Counted from the stretch's first letter, positions 15,464 to 24,782 are shown. The stretch is DNA of 32,000 nt from Candidatus Saccharimonadota bacterium (GCF_964030745.1 NZ_OZ034918.1:420001-452000); one strand, 5' to 3'. Numbers and translations are program-made. Notes: generated by a model not told the origin, from the letters alone.

Positions 15464-16714
15464 ATGTTACCAACAAGAGTAGTTATTACAGGATTAGGTG
15501 CCCTTACCCCCATTGGCAATACTGTTGAAGCATACTGGAGAGGGCTGCTTGCTGGTCAAAGTGGCGCGGAACCCATCACTAAGTTTGATACAACTCGCCA
15601 TAAGACCAAATTTGCCTGCACCTTAAAAGCGTATGATCCCCATAACTACCTTGATGTAAAAGATATTAGGAGAATGGATCCATTTACCCAGTATGCTATG
15701 GTAGCTGGGGATGAGGCCATACAAGATGCCGCCTTAACCAACTCTTTAGTAGATAAGACACGTGTAGGGGTGGTATGGGGCTCTGGTATAGGCGGTTTAG
15801 GTACTACAGAAGCAACTGTCTTGGAGCTTGCTGCCAATAGTATGGATCCAAAAATCAATCCTTTTTTTATTCCCAAGATTATACCCGATATCCCTTCTGG
15901 CCACCTATCTATTAAATATGGGTTTAAGGGACCCAATTTTGCTACAGTAGCTGCATGCGCCTCTGCATTAAATGCTATAGTAGCTGCTTTTCAGTTGATT
16001 AAGTTAGGAGATGCAGATGTAGTAGTAGCAGGTGGTTCTGAAGCACCTATCATTCAAATAGGGATGGCTGGCTTTAATGCATTAAAGGCGCTCTCTACAC
16101 GTAATGAAGACTACCGAACCGCTTCGCGCCCCTTTGACAAGACAAGAGATGGGTTTGTGATGGGCGAAGGCGCAGGCGCTTTAGTCCTTGAGTCTTATGC
16201 CCACGCACAGCAGAGAAAGGCTAAAATTTACGCTGAAGTAGTAGGTGTAGGGATGTCTGCAGATGCTTACCACATTACCGCTCCAGATATGGAGGGGGTA
16301 GTTTTAGCATTGCAACGCGCATTAGCCAATGCTGGCCTTTCACCAGATTGTATAGATTACATCAATGCCCATGGCACCAGCACCCCATTGGGCGACATCA
16401 ATGAAATACAGGCCATTGAACATGTATTTGGTAGCCATGCCTATAAGCTGAATATTAGCTCGACGAAGTCGATGACTGGTCACCTACTAGGTGCAGCAGG
16501 CGCTATAGAATCTATTGCCACCGTTTTAGCATTGTTACATCAGGTAGTACCCCCAACCATTAACCATAAGGTATTAGATGAAGCCATTGATTCACGGATC
16601 AATTTGACATTAAACAAGGCAGTAACAAGATCTATTTTATTTGCACAAAACAATGCCTTTGGCTTTGGTGGACACAACGTTTCTATAATCTTCAAAAGAT
16701 GGGAAGATTCCTAA
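15464..16714 (+). CDS. fabF: 3-oxoacyl-ACP synthase II
   Basis: 416 aa. Active-site context ATVAACASALNAI, HGTSTPLGD, SMTGHLLGAAG, C-terminal NAFGFGGHN. Placed in the acpP-fabF-rnc order. Confidence 0.95.
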   Translation: MLPTRVVITGLGALTPIGNTVEAYWRGLLAGQSGAEPITKFDTTRHKTKFACTLKAYDPHNYLDVKDIRRMDPFTQYAMVAGDEAIQDAALTNSLVDKTRVGVVWGSGIGGLGTTEATVLELAANSMDPKINPFFIPKIIPDIPSGHLSIKYGFKGPNFATVAACASALNAIVAAFQLIKLGDADVVVAGGSEAPIIQIGMAGFNALKALSTRNEDYRTASRPFDKTRDGFVMGEGAGALVLESYAHAQQRKAKIYAEVVGVGMSADAYHITAPDMEGVVLALQRALANAGLSPDCIDYINAHGTSTPLGDINEIQAIEHVFGSHAYKLNISSTKSMTGHLLGAAGAIESIATVLALLHQVVPPTINHKVLDEAIDSRINLTLNKAVTRSILFAQNNAFGFGGHNVSIIFKRWEDS

Positions 16715-17424
16715 ATTTACTCCAGTATTTTTTTACAAAGCGAAATCCCGGTACGCAACAGTTGGTCTCTTTTGTAAGAGCGGTTACTGGCATGATGCCT
16801 TTAAACCTAGCTTTATATAAAGTAGCCCTTCAACATAGCTCTATAGAAGAGGGACATACTTCCAATGAACGGCTAGAGTTTCTAGGGGATGCTATATTAT
16901 CTGCCATTGTAGCAGACTATCTCTTCAAGAAATATCCCTTAAAAGAAGAGGGTTTTTTAACAGACATACGATCCAGGTTGGTCAACAGGGATTCCTTAAA
17001 TGGATTGGCACGTAAAATTCATTTAGATAAGCTATTGCATTATGACACAAATCTTGTAAAACGAAGTGGCCATAAGTTTATTTATGGCAATGCCTTAGAA
17101 GCCCTTATTGGTGCCGTTTACTTAGATCATGGTTATGAACGCTGCCAAAAGTTTGTTATTGAGCGTCTTATAGTCAATTATATAAGTTTGAAAGAGCTTA
17201 TAGAGCACGACACCAACTTTAAGAGCAGAATTATTCAATGGGCACACAAACACCACCGTCAAGTAACTTTTAGGATTCTTGAAGAAAAACAATATGAATA
17301 CTATAAAGAATTTACCGCTCAGGTGGTTGTGGATGAAAAGGTTATGGGAGAAGGGACGGGAAGAACTAAAAAATGTGCCGAACAAATGGCTGCCCAGCAA
17401 GCCTTACAATATACAGAACAATAA
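16699..17424 (+). CDS. rnc: Ribonuclease III
   Basis: RNase III signature ERLEFLGDAILSAIVADYLF. C-terminal dsRBD with GEGTGRTKKCAEQMAAQQAL. 16-nt overlap with fabF. Confidence 0.9.
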   Translation: MGRFLNLLQYFFTKRNPGTQQLVSFVRAVTGMMPLNLALYKVALQHSSIEEGHTSNERLEFLGDAILSAIVADYLFKKYPLKEEGFLTDIRSRLVNRDSLNGLARKIHLDKLLHYDTNLVKRSGHKFIYGNALEALIGAVYLDHGYERCQKFVIERLIVNYISLKELIEHDTNFKSRIIQWAHKHHRQVTFRILEEKQYEYYKEFTAQVVVDEKVMGEGTGRTKKCAEQMAAQQALQYTEQ

Positions 17425-17476
17425 AGATAAAACATCTAACGCTTATCTTTAACTTTTCTGAAGACCCATTCTATAA

Positions 17477-18946
17477 GTGACCAACCATTTATCTAGACAA
17501 ATTATGGAAGCACAAGATATACTAGATGTTGTTACTTCATCTGACTATCAATATGGTTTTGAGAGTAATATTCCCGTAGATGCGATTCCAAAAGGTTTAA
17601 CCGAAGCGACCATTCGCCTCATTGCTGAGAAAAAAAATGAACCAGATTGGTTACTAGAGCGGCGTTTACAAGCCTTTCATCATCTCTCTAAATTAAAAGA
17701 ACCTATCTGGGCAAAGGTTACCTATCCGCCTATAGATTACCAAAACATTATTTATTACGCAGCACCTAAACAAAAGGTACAATTAAATAGTTTAGAAGAG
17801 GCTGATCCAGCATTACTGGCCACCTTTAAGCGGTTAGGGATTTCATTAGAGGAACAAAAAAGGCTAGCGGGAGTAGCTATGGATGTGGTATTAGATAGTG
17901 TTTCCGTTGCCACTACTTTTAAAGACACATTAAACCGGCTGGGGATTATTTTTTGTTCTTTTAGTGAAGCGGTGCAAAAGCATCCTGATTTGGTGCAAAA
18001 ATATTTAGGTAAGGTGGTCCCGATGACTGATAATTACTTTGCTACCCTCAACACCGCTGTATTTAGTGATGGCTCTTTTTGTTACATTCCTAAAGGGGTC
18101 CACTGTCCTATGGAGCTCTCGACCTATTTTCGAATCAATGCCAGCAATACAGGTCAATTTGAGCGGACTTTAATTGTAGCAGAAGAAGATGCTTATGTTA
18201 GCTATTTAGAAGGATGTACAGCCCCTATGCGGGATGAGCACCAATTACATGCTGCAGTAGTAGAGATTTATGCTGAAAAAGGAGCCCATGTAAAATATGC
18301 TACAGTGCAAAACTGGTATCCAGGCAATGCAGACGGCGTAGGCGGGGTCTATAATTTTGTAACCAAACGAGGCCTTTGTGCCGGCGCGCATGCTAAAATC
18401 TCCTGGACACAAGTAGAAACTGGTTCAGCCATTACTTGGAAGTATCCTAGCTGCATTTTAATGGGAGACCATTCAGTTGGTGAATTTTATTCTGTAGCGG
18501 TAACCAAAAACAAACAGCAAGCAGATACAGGTACAAAAATGATTCACTTAGGGAAACATACTAAGAGTCGCATTGTAGCCAAGGGCATTGCAGCTGGCCA
18601 GTCTAACAATAGTTATAGAGGATTGGTCAAGCTCGCAGCTGGAGCGGCCCATGCCACTAATTTTTCTCAATGCGATTCTTTACTGATGGGCAACAGCTGT
18701 GGCGCCCATACTTTTCCTTATATAGAGGTAAAAAACCCAACCGGAAAGGTTGCACATGAAGCCACCACCTCTAAAATTAGTGAAGAGCAACTTTTTTACT
18801 GCAACCAACGGGGTATTGATCATGAAAATGCCATTGCGCTTATTGTCAATGGCTACTGCAAAGAAGTACTCAATCAATTGCCTATGGAATTTGCTGTAGA
18901 AGCCCAAAAGCTGCTGGCACTTACCCTAGAGGGCAGCGTGGGATAA
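17477..18946 (+). CDS. sufB: Fe-S cluster assembly protein SufB
   Basis: 489 aa. [10 protein letters not shown]...[22 protein letters not shown] and the C-terminal half ([15 protein letters not shown]..., [17 protein letters not shown]) are SufB-like. The start is ambiguous (GTG 17477 or ATG 17504). Confidence 0.88.
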   Translation: MTNHLSRQIMEAQDILDVVTSSDYQYGFESNIPVDAIPKGLTEATIRLIAEKKNEPDWLLERRLQAFHHLSKLKEPIWAKVTYPPIDYQNIIYYAAPKQKVQLNSLEEADPALLATFKRLGISLEEQKRLAGVAMDVVLDSVSVATTFKDTLNRLGIIFCSFSEAVQKHPDLVQKYLGKVVPMTDNYFATLNTAVFSDGSFCYIPKGVHCPMELSTYFRINASNTGQFERTLIVAEEDAYVSYLEGCTAPMRDEHQLHAAVVEIYAEKGAHVKYATVQNWYPGNADGVGGVYNFVTKRGLCAGAHAKISWTQVETGSAITWKYPSCILMGDHSVGEFYSVAVTKNKQQADTGTKMIHLGKHTKSRIVAKGIAAGQSNNSYRGLVKLAAGAAHATNFSQCDSLLMGNSCGAHTFPYIEVKNPTGKVAHEATTSKISEEQLFYCNQRGIDHENAIALIVNGYCKEVLNQLPMEFAVEAQKLLALTLEGSVG

Positions 18947-19104
18947 GGAACACCCATAGAGCACTTTTCGTTTTTGCTTCATTTGTTGTACATCTATTCA
19001 CTATCTAGCTTTTTTGCAGTATCTATTCACGTCACTGGTTAATAATGAATTGTATTCCACTTTTTTCTTGATAAAAAAGTGGACAAAAAATCAAGCCCTC
19101 GGCA

Positions 19105-19223
19105 AAAAGTTCCGGAACCCACCCCTTACAGATGGAAAAACAGAAGTCGCCCGCTACGCGGGCTTCAAAGGAATCTGTTTTTCCCAATCATCTGCAAGGG
19201 GTGGCTTCTATTTCGAAACTTTT
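19105..19223. repeat. Nested-palindrome element, copy A (shares a 50-nt core with the copy at 30434-30612)
   Basis: Central hairpin gcccgc-tac-gcgggc (19149-19163). Arms ggaaaaacaga (19134-19144) / tctgtttttcc (19174-19184), ccaccccttacagatg (19119-19134) / catctgcaaggggtgg (19189-19204), and aaaagttccggaa (19105-19117) / tttcgaaactttt (19211-19223). Confidence 0.8.
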
Positions 19224-19224
19224 T

Positions 19225-19267
19225 ACAGGGGCATTTTATCACTATGGCCATAGTGTTGAACAGATAC
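19225..19267. repeat. 43-bp repeat module containing the 12-bp palindrome ctatggccatag, copy 1
   Basis: acaggggcattttatcactatggccatagtgttgaacagatac versus 24484-24526 acaggggcatttttctactatggccatagcgttgaacgcatac (37 of 43 identical by eye). It overlaps the last codons and the stop of the symporter ORF (19242-). Confidence 0.75.
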
Positions 19268-20678
19268 TTTTTGCACGCTTTGACCGTGGCCATAAATAGT
19301 GTACAGCCAGCATGGTTAGACCATTGACCAATACGCAAGGAAAGGTACTACTATCGGTAAACAACAGCGGAGCAACCCATTTGCGCCAAGAGACAACGGA
19401 CAGTACACCTGCAACCATACCTATTAACGCAGCAAGTGAGCTGCTATGAAAGCCCAAAACAGCTAAAATAAATGGAGCAGCCACTATGGGCATATAAAAA
19501 CGGTGGAGTACATTCGTCATACGACGTAAAGTAGAAAGGTAGGCACTATTGACGCACAAAATAATAGTTAACGTAGCAATCACAAGTATAGATATATAGG
19601 CTACCCTATAATAGTGTCTACAAGAAAGATGACGTCTAAAACGAGCACGTAATAACACAGGTAATATATCATAACTGATCATAACCGCACAGATATGCAA
19701 CCTAGAATCAGCCGTAGACATAGTAAGCGCTAACAAACACACACAAAGGACTCCCTTGAGTAATGGAGAAGCATGACCCATTATATACTTGAAAATCCCG
19801 TTTATTGGTACACTGGATGGTACCCATGCAGCAACAAATGCACCAGCCACTATACAGCACAACATGATGCAAAAACCAATAATACCCGCATATAAAAACA
19901 CTTTTTTTGCTTGAGAAGGTGTAGAAGACATATACATATGCTGCATGTAACCAGGTTCTATAAAGGCAAATATAACAGCTAAATAGCGAAACATAATTCC
20001 TAATTTCGATTGACCAACCAATGAATTATTCCACATATCTTTTTTTAAAAGAAGGGTTTCACTAAGAGGACGGCCTGTTTTTATACAGATAAACCAGGCG
20101 AAGAGGCAAAGAAGCACAACAAAAATGGAGAATTGCCATATGTCCGTCAAGACAACCGCACGCGCACCACCGAAAATAGTATAGGCAATCAGCATTACAG
20201 TAGCCAGTATAGTAATAATCAATGGATGTACTGAGCTTATGCATCCACTTATAACTTGTGATATAATGTAAACTTGCGTAGCAACAAATGTAATAGAATG
20301 ACAACAACCCAATAAAGCGGTAATAATCCTTGGATACCTACCATATACACGGCCCATTGTCTCTGTCATGGAGATGTGATAGATAAACTTGGACATCCTC
20401 ATGCTTAACCCACTAAGAACTAGACAAGGGAGAAGAATACCACCCAATCTCCAACTGAACCAAAATGGCCCAAGAGAAAATTTTGTTAGATGTTCGATCA
20501 ATGTGGCGCCACCATAATAAGTAGCTAAGGTAGTAGTTACTAAGCTGACTGTAGAAAATTGTCGATCCCCTACAGCATATATTCGAAAATTGGTAAATCT
20601 CTTAATAGAGCAACAAACGATCACTGCGGTACACAACAAAAAACTTATTATGGTAAATAACGGAATATCAAACGACAT
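19242..20678 (-). CDS. Sodium:solute symporter family (SSF) permease (copy 2)
   Basis: 478-aa polytopic ORF. IAYTIFGGARAVVLTDIWQFSIF is the SSF signature region. Collinear similarity to copy 1 along the whole length (NFR.(H/Y)AVG.RQFST, RMSKFIY..SM.ETMG.VYG.Y, MST.DSRLH, PFILAVLGF). Confidence 0.75.
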   Translation of the reverse strand: MSFDIPLFTIISFLLCTAVIVCCSIKRFTNFRIYAVGDRQFSTVSLVTTTLATYYGGATLIEHLTKFSLGPFWFSWRLGGILLPCLVLSGLSMRMSKFIYHISMTETMGRVYGRYPRIITALLGCCHSITFVATQVYIISQVISGCISSVHPLIITILATVMLIAYTIFGGARAVVLTDIWQFSIFVVLLCLFAWFICIKTGRPLSETLLLKKDMWNNSLVGQSKLGIMFRYLAVIFAFIEPGYMQHMYMSSTPSQAKKVFLYAGIIGFCIMLCCIVAGAFVAAWVPSSVPINGIFKYIMGHASPLLKGVLCVCLLALTMSTADSRLHICAVMISYDILPVLLRARFRRHLSCRHYYRVAYISILVIATLTIILCVNSAYLSTLRRMTNVLHRFYMPIVAAPFILAVLGFHSSSLAALIGMVAGVLSVVSWRKWVAPLLFTDSSTFPCVLVNGLTMLAVHYLWPRSKRAKSICSTLWP

Positions 20679-20727
20679 AATTGGATTATAAACTATTTAT
20701 TAAAGAATATTTTTTAGCCATACTGCT

Positions 20728-22272
20728 TCATCCTCCCCCATTCGGATCACTTGAGGAAAGCCACGAAGCAAGCGAATAAGATAGCATAGGAGCCTTTGGT
20801 GGTTTACTTGTTCCAATAGAAGTATTCAAACTATATACTATCTCAAAATCAGCAAACTTTCTTTTTCTAAGCTCAAGCTTGTTATATAATTTATCGTGAA
20901 AAAACAGCTTTGAGTGTGGTGCTTTTTGTACTGCATTGGCTTCAAAATAATTACAACGATCGGATATTTGTTGTACTATATCAGGGTTAACCGACCAGTT
21001 CCATCCATTAGGCACAATCTGTTTGTTATATTCCCTTTTAAAATTATTGGAGTAATTTTCTAAAACTGGCCGCATTCCACAGCCATCAGATGACATTGCT
21101 ACATCCAGCGCCTTGAGGCCATTGCTGCTTTGCTGATGTACATTACACCTGCGCTCTAATATGCATGGTACTTGTAACAACTTCTTTACCATGTCTACAT
21201 CACGGAACGCAACAGCCAAGAAGAGCGGACAAAGACCTTTTTTATTAAAATACATAGGACAAGCACCTAAGGCAAGTAGGTAGTCTACCAATTTATAATC
21301 ACGACACAGCACTGCATAGAAAAGCAAAGAATCTTCTTGCTGATCTTTTAGAGACGCCAGATCTTGTGGCGTATAGTTATTGATTTCTCTTTTTTGTATG
21401 GTTTCCATGATTTCTATCATAAAATATCCATCGCCATACTCAGCAACATAATGAAGGAGCTCTTCTATTGGAACACCCAATTTTAGGAGATATAAGACAA
21501 TCTCTTCCCCCCTTATTCGCATCTCGATTTGATGGTCACATCTCTCACATTCGAGATCATATGCATGTTGTTTAGCACATGCCAATAGAGGGTGATAGAT
21601 CATTTTTGTTACGATGAACAATGGGCTTATACCACGCTTATTTGGCATACTACAGACCTGCATTAGGCTATCAAATCCAGTGTTAGGGGCGGTAAGGTAC
21701 CACCACTTTAAGGATATTATTATGGACAAATTAGCAGTATTAACTGCTAAGTGCATAATCGTGTTCTGATCTACTCCATACTTTTGTAAAAAAGCTTGCT
21801 CCAAGTCAAAGCCATACTTATAAAGTATCTGAAATAATATATCCAACAACTCTTCTGTACATGTATATCCCAATACCTCACCATTATATGAAGTTAACAC
21901 TTGATCTAACAAAGCCCTTTTAGGATATTGTTTATTATCTTGCTTATTCAACTTATAACCAGTTATTAAACATACTACATCATAAGAGATCGTCTTCAGA
22001 TGTTCTATCTCTCTTAAGAGCGTACTCAGTAAAAGCCTCAGCTTCTTATAATTACCTGCCTCTATTGCCTTACAAAATAGGGTCTTACCATGCTCGTCCA
22101 CTTCAAAAAGCTTAGACCTATCTAGGGGTTTCTCGCCTTGCTCTATTTTAGTTGTACCAACATCTTTACCTTCCACACTAGGAACACCTCCAAGCCTATA
22201 TCTATTACAAGCAGTAATCAACAATCCCACTCCTATATAAATAATTGCTATTAAATGAGTAAATACGAGCAT
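20728..22272 (-). CDS. Ankyrin-repeat protein with N-terminal lipoprotein-type signal peptide (copy 2)
   Basis: 514-aa ORF. N-terminus MLVFTHLIAIIYIGVGLLITAC-NRY (hydrophobic stretch plus I-T-A-C lipobox-like). ANK motifs: GKTLFCKAIEAGNYKKLRLLL, NTIMHLAVNTANLSII, DSLLFYAVLCRDYKLVDYLLALGA, GLCPLFLAVAFRDVDMVKKLLQ, NGLKALDVAMSS. Confidence 0.6.
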   Translation of the reverse strand: MLVFTHLIAIIYIGVGLLITACNRYRLGGVPSVEGKDVGTTKIEQGEKPLDRSKLFEVDEHGKTLFCKAIEAGNYKKLRLLLSTLLREIEHLKTISYDVVCLITGYKLNKQDNKQYPKRALLDQVLTSYNGEVLGYTCTEELLDILFQILYKYGFDLEQAFLQKYGVDQNTIMHLAVNTANLSIIISLKWWYLTAPNTGFDSLMQVCSMPNKRGISPLFIVTKMIYHPLLACAKQHAYDLECERCDHQIEMRIRGEEIVLYLLKLGVPIEELLHYVAEYGDGYFMIEIMETIQKREINNYTPQDLASLKDQQEDSLLFYAVLCRDYKLVDYLLALGACPMYFNKKGLCPLFLAVAFRDVDMVKKLLQVPCILERRCNVHQQSSNGLKALDVAMSSDGCGMRPVLENYSNNFKREYNKQIVPNGWNWSVNPDIVQQISDRCNYFEANAVQKAPHSKLFFHDKLYNKLELRKRKFADFEIVYSLNTSIGTSKPPKAPMLSYSLASWLSSSDPNGGG

Positions 22273-22416
22273 ATATGTTTTTAGGCTATAAAGCCTATCA
22301 TCTACCTTTAATTTTTAAAAAGCATCCTTTTAATGTTAAGTAATTTCTACTATGCATACAAATGATTTAGTGCAGGCATAAGCGGTTTTAGATCAGAAAT
22401 ACTGTAAATTAGCCAT

Positions 22417-23529
22417 ATGGCTCCCCTAACTGAAAAACACTACCGATTGGCACTTTCATTGGTGCCAGGTATAGGCTCTGCCCGATTAAAAAAATTATTA
22501 GCTTATTTTGGAAGTGGCCAAGCAATATTTGCAGCTGCACATAAAGGGAACAGTTTGCTTCCCTATAAAATAGCCCAATCGATCACTTCAAGCGGTAGCT
22601 TGAACGAGGCAGAAAAGATTGTCCAGCTCCATGAAGCAGAGGGCATTCAACTGTTGACAACAGAGGAGGCATCCTATCCCAAACGGTTGCTCGAACTACC
22701 AGATGGGCCTTCCCTGCTCTACTACAAGGGGAAACCACTATTGAATGAGCAACGCATAGTTACCATTGTAGGCACCAGGCAATTAACCACTTATGGACAA
22801 GCATCAATTACCAAATTCTTAGAGCAACTCCTTCCCTATCAGCCAGTTGTGGTCAGTGGCTTAGCCTATGGGGCAGATATATGGACCCATAAACAAGCAT
22901 TAGAGATGGGGTTACCTACAATAGCGGTATTGCCAACATGTTTGCATCAAATCTATCCCACTGCGCACAAAAAAATAGCACTAGAAATGTGTGGGGGCAA
23001 AGGGGGGTTACTGACAGAATACCCTATAGGCAGTGGACTAGGCGCCCATACCTTTGTGGCACGCAACAGAATTTTAGCTGGCCTAGCAGATGTAACCATA
23101 GTGATTGAAGCCAAAGAAAAAAGTGGTGCCTTGATAACTGCCTACTATGCCAACAGCTACCACCGGGAGGTTTTTGCCTTACCGGGTAGTATTTACGCAG
23201 CTACTTCTGCAGGATGCCATCGATTGATTAAACGGCATCAGGCACATCTCCTGGCCCATATAGATGACTTAGCTTATATCATGAACTGGACAGTGCACCA
23301 TCCACCTCAAGCCGATACGTATGCCAATTATCCACTTACGGAATCAGAACAATTGGTCTTAAAACAGTTGCAACAAGCAACGCAACCCATCACGATTGAT
23401 GGGCTAACCTATATGACCACTCTATCCCCTGGTGCCTTACAAGCAGCATTATTGTCACTAGAATTACAAGGGCTGTTGCGCGCACTGCCGGGCAAACGTT
23501 TTACATTAGCCCCTATCTATAAACAATAG
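22417..23529 (+). CDS. dprA: DNA-processing protein DprA (Smf)
   Basis: 370 aa. N-terminal SAM-like LVPGIGSARLKKLLAYFGS. Rossmann-like core IVGTRQLTTYGQ...VVSGLAYGADIWTHKQALE...ARNRILAGLADVTIVIEAKEKSGALITA. Confidence 0.85.
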   Translation: MAPLTEKHYRLALSLVPGIGSARLKKLLAYFGSGQAIFAAAHKGNSLLPYKIAQSITSSGSLNEAEKIVQLHEAEGIQLLTTEEASYPKRLLELPDGPSLLYYKGKPLLNEQRIVTIVGTRQLTTYGQASITKFLEQLLPYQPVVVSGLAYGADIWTHKQALEMGLPTIAVLPTCLHQIYPTAHKKIALEMCGGKGGLLTEYPIGSGLGAHTFVARNRILAGLADVTIVIEAKEKSGALITAYYANSYHREVFALPGSIYAATSAGCHRLIKRHQAHLLAHIDDLAYIMNWTVHHPPQADTYANYPLTESEQLVLKQLQQATQPITIDGLTYMTTLSPGALQAALLSLELQGLLRALPGKRFTLAPIYKQ

Positions 23530-23573
23530 ACTGCTTGCAAAGCCTACTAAAGATAGGTTTTGAACAAGGTCTA
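23527..23573. repeat. Short inverted-repeat element (two 21-nt arms separated by 5 nt), same family as 24605-24749
   Basis: tagactgcttgcaaagcctac (23527-23547) and ataggttttgaacaaggtcta (23553-23573). The arms match the 24605/24729 arms at 17/21 and 18/21 positions. The first three bases are the dprA stop codon TAG. Confidence 0.65.
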
Positions 23574-23660
23574 ATAGCATTACCAAAGGATAAAGTAGAA
23601 TTTATGACAAGAATTTAGCTAAATTTGAAACAACTAAAATCTAAATACTATAACATATAT

Positions 23661-24467
23661 ATGTTTAAAGTAGCTACCTTATACAAATTTGTGCCCCTAG
23701 ATGGTCTAGAAGCACTTCAACAGCATCTTCAATCTATATGCAGCGCCCTAACAGGCACCCTACTGATTGCTCCAGAGGGCATTAATGGTACCATTGCTGG
23801 ATCGCCTGATCTGTTGGATGATGCCATAGCCCAGATAACAACCATGCCACCATTTAGTGACTTGTGGTATCAATATTCTCAAGCGAGGCATAAACCATTT
23901 CGCCACTTAAAGGTTAGAGTAAAAAAAGAAATCATAACCATGCACAAGCCAGCGGTTTCATCGATGAAACTACGTGGCCACCACGTCTTGGCTGCAGACT
24001 GGCATCGTACCCTGGATAAGGCAGCTGTTCTGGTTGACGTACGCAATGATTACGAACATCGGTTGGGAAGCTTTGAAGGGGCATTGAATCCTAAAACAAC
24101 CTATTTTAGCCAATTTCCTGACTTTGTTGAAAACCATTTAACGCCCTATAAGGAACAGCCTATTGCTATGTTTTGTACGGGAGGGATCAGGTGTGAAAAG
24201 GCATCTGCTTACATGTTGGCCAATGGTTTCAAAGAGGTTTATCAACTTAGTGGTGGCATTCTGCAATATTTAGCCCACACGCGCGAAGAAGCTTCCAGGT
24301 GGAAAGGAGAATGTTTTGTTTTTGATGAACGCATCTCTCTAGGCCATGGATTAAAAAAAGGAAACAGCCTACTTTGCTATGGCTGTCGCATGCCTTTAAC
24401 AACAGCGGATTTAGATGACAATTACCAGCCTGGTATTCGTTGCAAATTTTGTCTAAAAGACAAATAG
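23661..24467 (+). CDS. trhO: Rhodanese-domain tRNA uridine(34) hydroxylase (UPF0176/YceA family)
   Basis: LIAPEGINGTIAG and the rhodanese active-site loop MFCTGGIRCEKASAYMLANGFKEVYQLSGGILQYL match E. coli YceA as remembered. C-terminal Cys-rich tail. The ORF track starts at TTG 23625; ATG 23661 (MFKVATLYKF) is preferred. Confidence 0.82.
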   Translation: MFKVATLYKFVPLDGLEALQQHLQSICSALTGTLLIAPEGINGTIAGSPDLLDDAIAQITTMPPFSDLWYQYSQARHKPFRHLKVRVKKEIITMHKPAVSSMKLRGHHVLAADWHRTLDKAAVLVDVRNDYEHRLGSFEGALNPKTTYFSQFPDFVENHLTPYKEQPIAMFCTGGIRCEKASAYMLANGFKEVYQLSGGILQYLAHTREEASRWKGECFVFDERISLGHGLKKGNSLLCYGCRMPLTTADLDDNYQPGIRCKFCLKDK

Positions 24468-24483
24468 CCTTTTTTCCGTATCT

Positions 24484-24526
24484 ACAGGGGCATTTTTCTA
24501 CTATGGCCATAGCGTTGAACGCATAC
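24484..24526. repeat. 43-bp repeat module containing ctatggccatag, copy 2
   Basis: See 19225-19267. Same orientation on the + strand, 17 nt after the trhO stop. Confidence 0.75.
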
Positions 24527-24604
24527 GCTACCTTTGGCTGAAAAAGCAAGTGGCTAATCTATTACCAGCCGCAGCGTCTCCTTCGATAAAAAATGGCGCT
24601 CTAG

Positions 24605-24749
24605 TAGATCTCTTGCAAAACCTACTTTGTGATGAGCAATTTTTAGGAGAAGTGTAGTCGAGCACCGCAGAATACTTAATGTATTTGAGGAGCATAGACA
24701 AGCTTCGACACCAAAATTGCCATTAGAAATAGGTTTTGCAAGAGGTCTA
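24605..24749. mobile_element. MITE-like element: 21-bp terminal inverted repeats around a ~103-bp non-coding core
   Basis: tagatctcttgcaaaacctac (24605-24625) versus ataggttttgcaagaggtcta (24729-24749); the reverse complement matches at 19/21. There is no ORF inside. A related arm pair lies at 23527-23573. Confidence 0.45.
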
Positions 24750-24782
24750 GTAAAACACTAACACCTGAGCGATATGTTTTTC

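Noticed and set aside
17423-17460. Hairpin aaagataa / ttatcttt after rnc as an intrinsic terminator
   Set aside because: The stem is 8 bp of A/T only, with a 12-nt loop and a weak T-tract (aacttttc). It is not distinguishable from chance in AT-rich DNA.
19014-19327. ORFs 19014-19253 (+) and 19079-19327 (+)
   Set aside because: They run through the nested-palindrome element. Palindromes generate mirror-image open frames on both strands, and the same happens at 30386-30665. No coding features.
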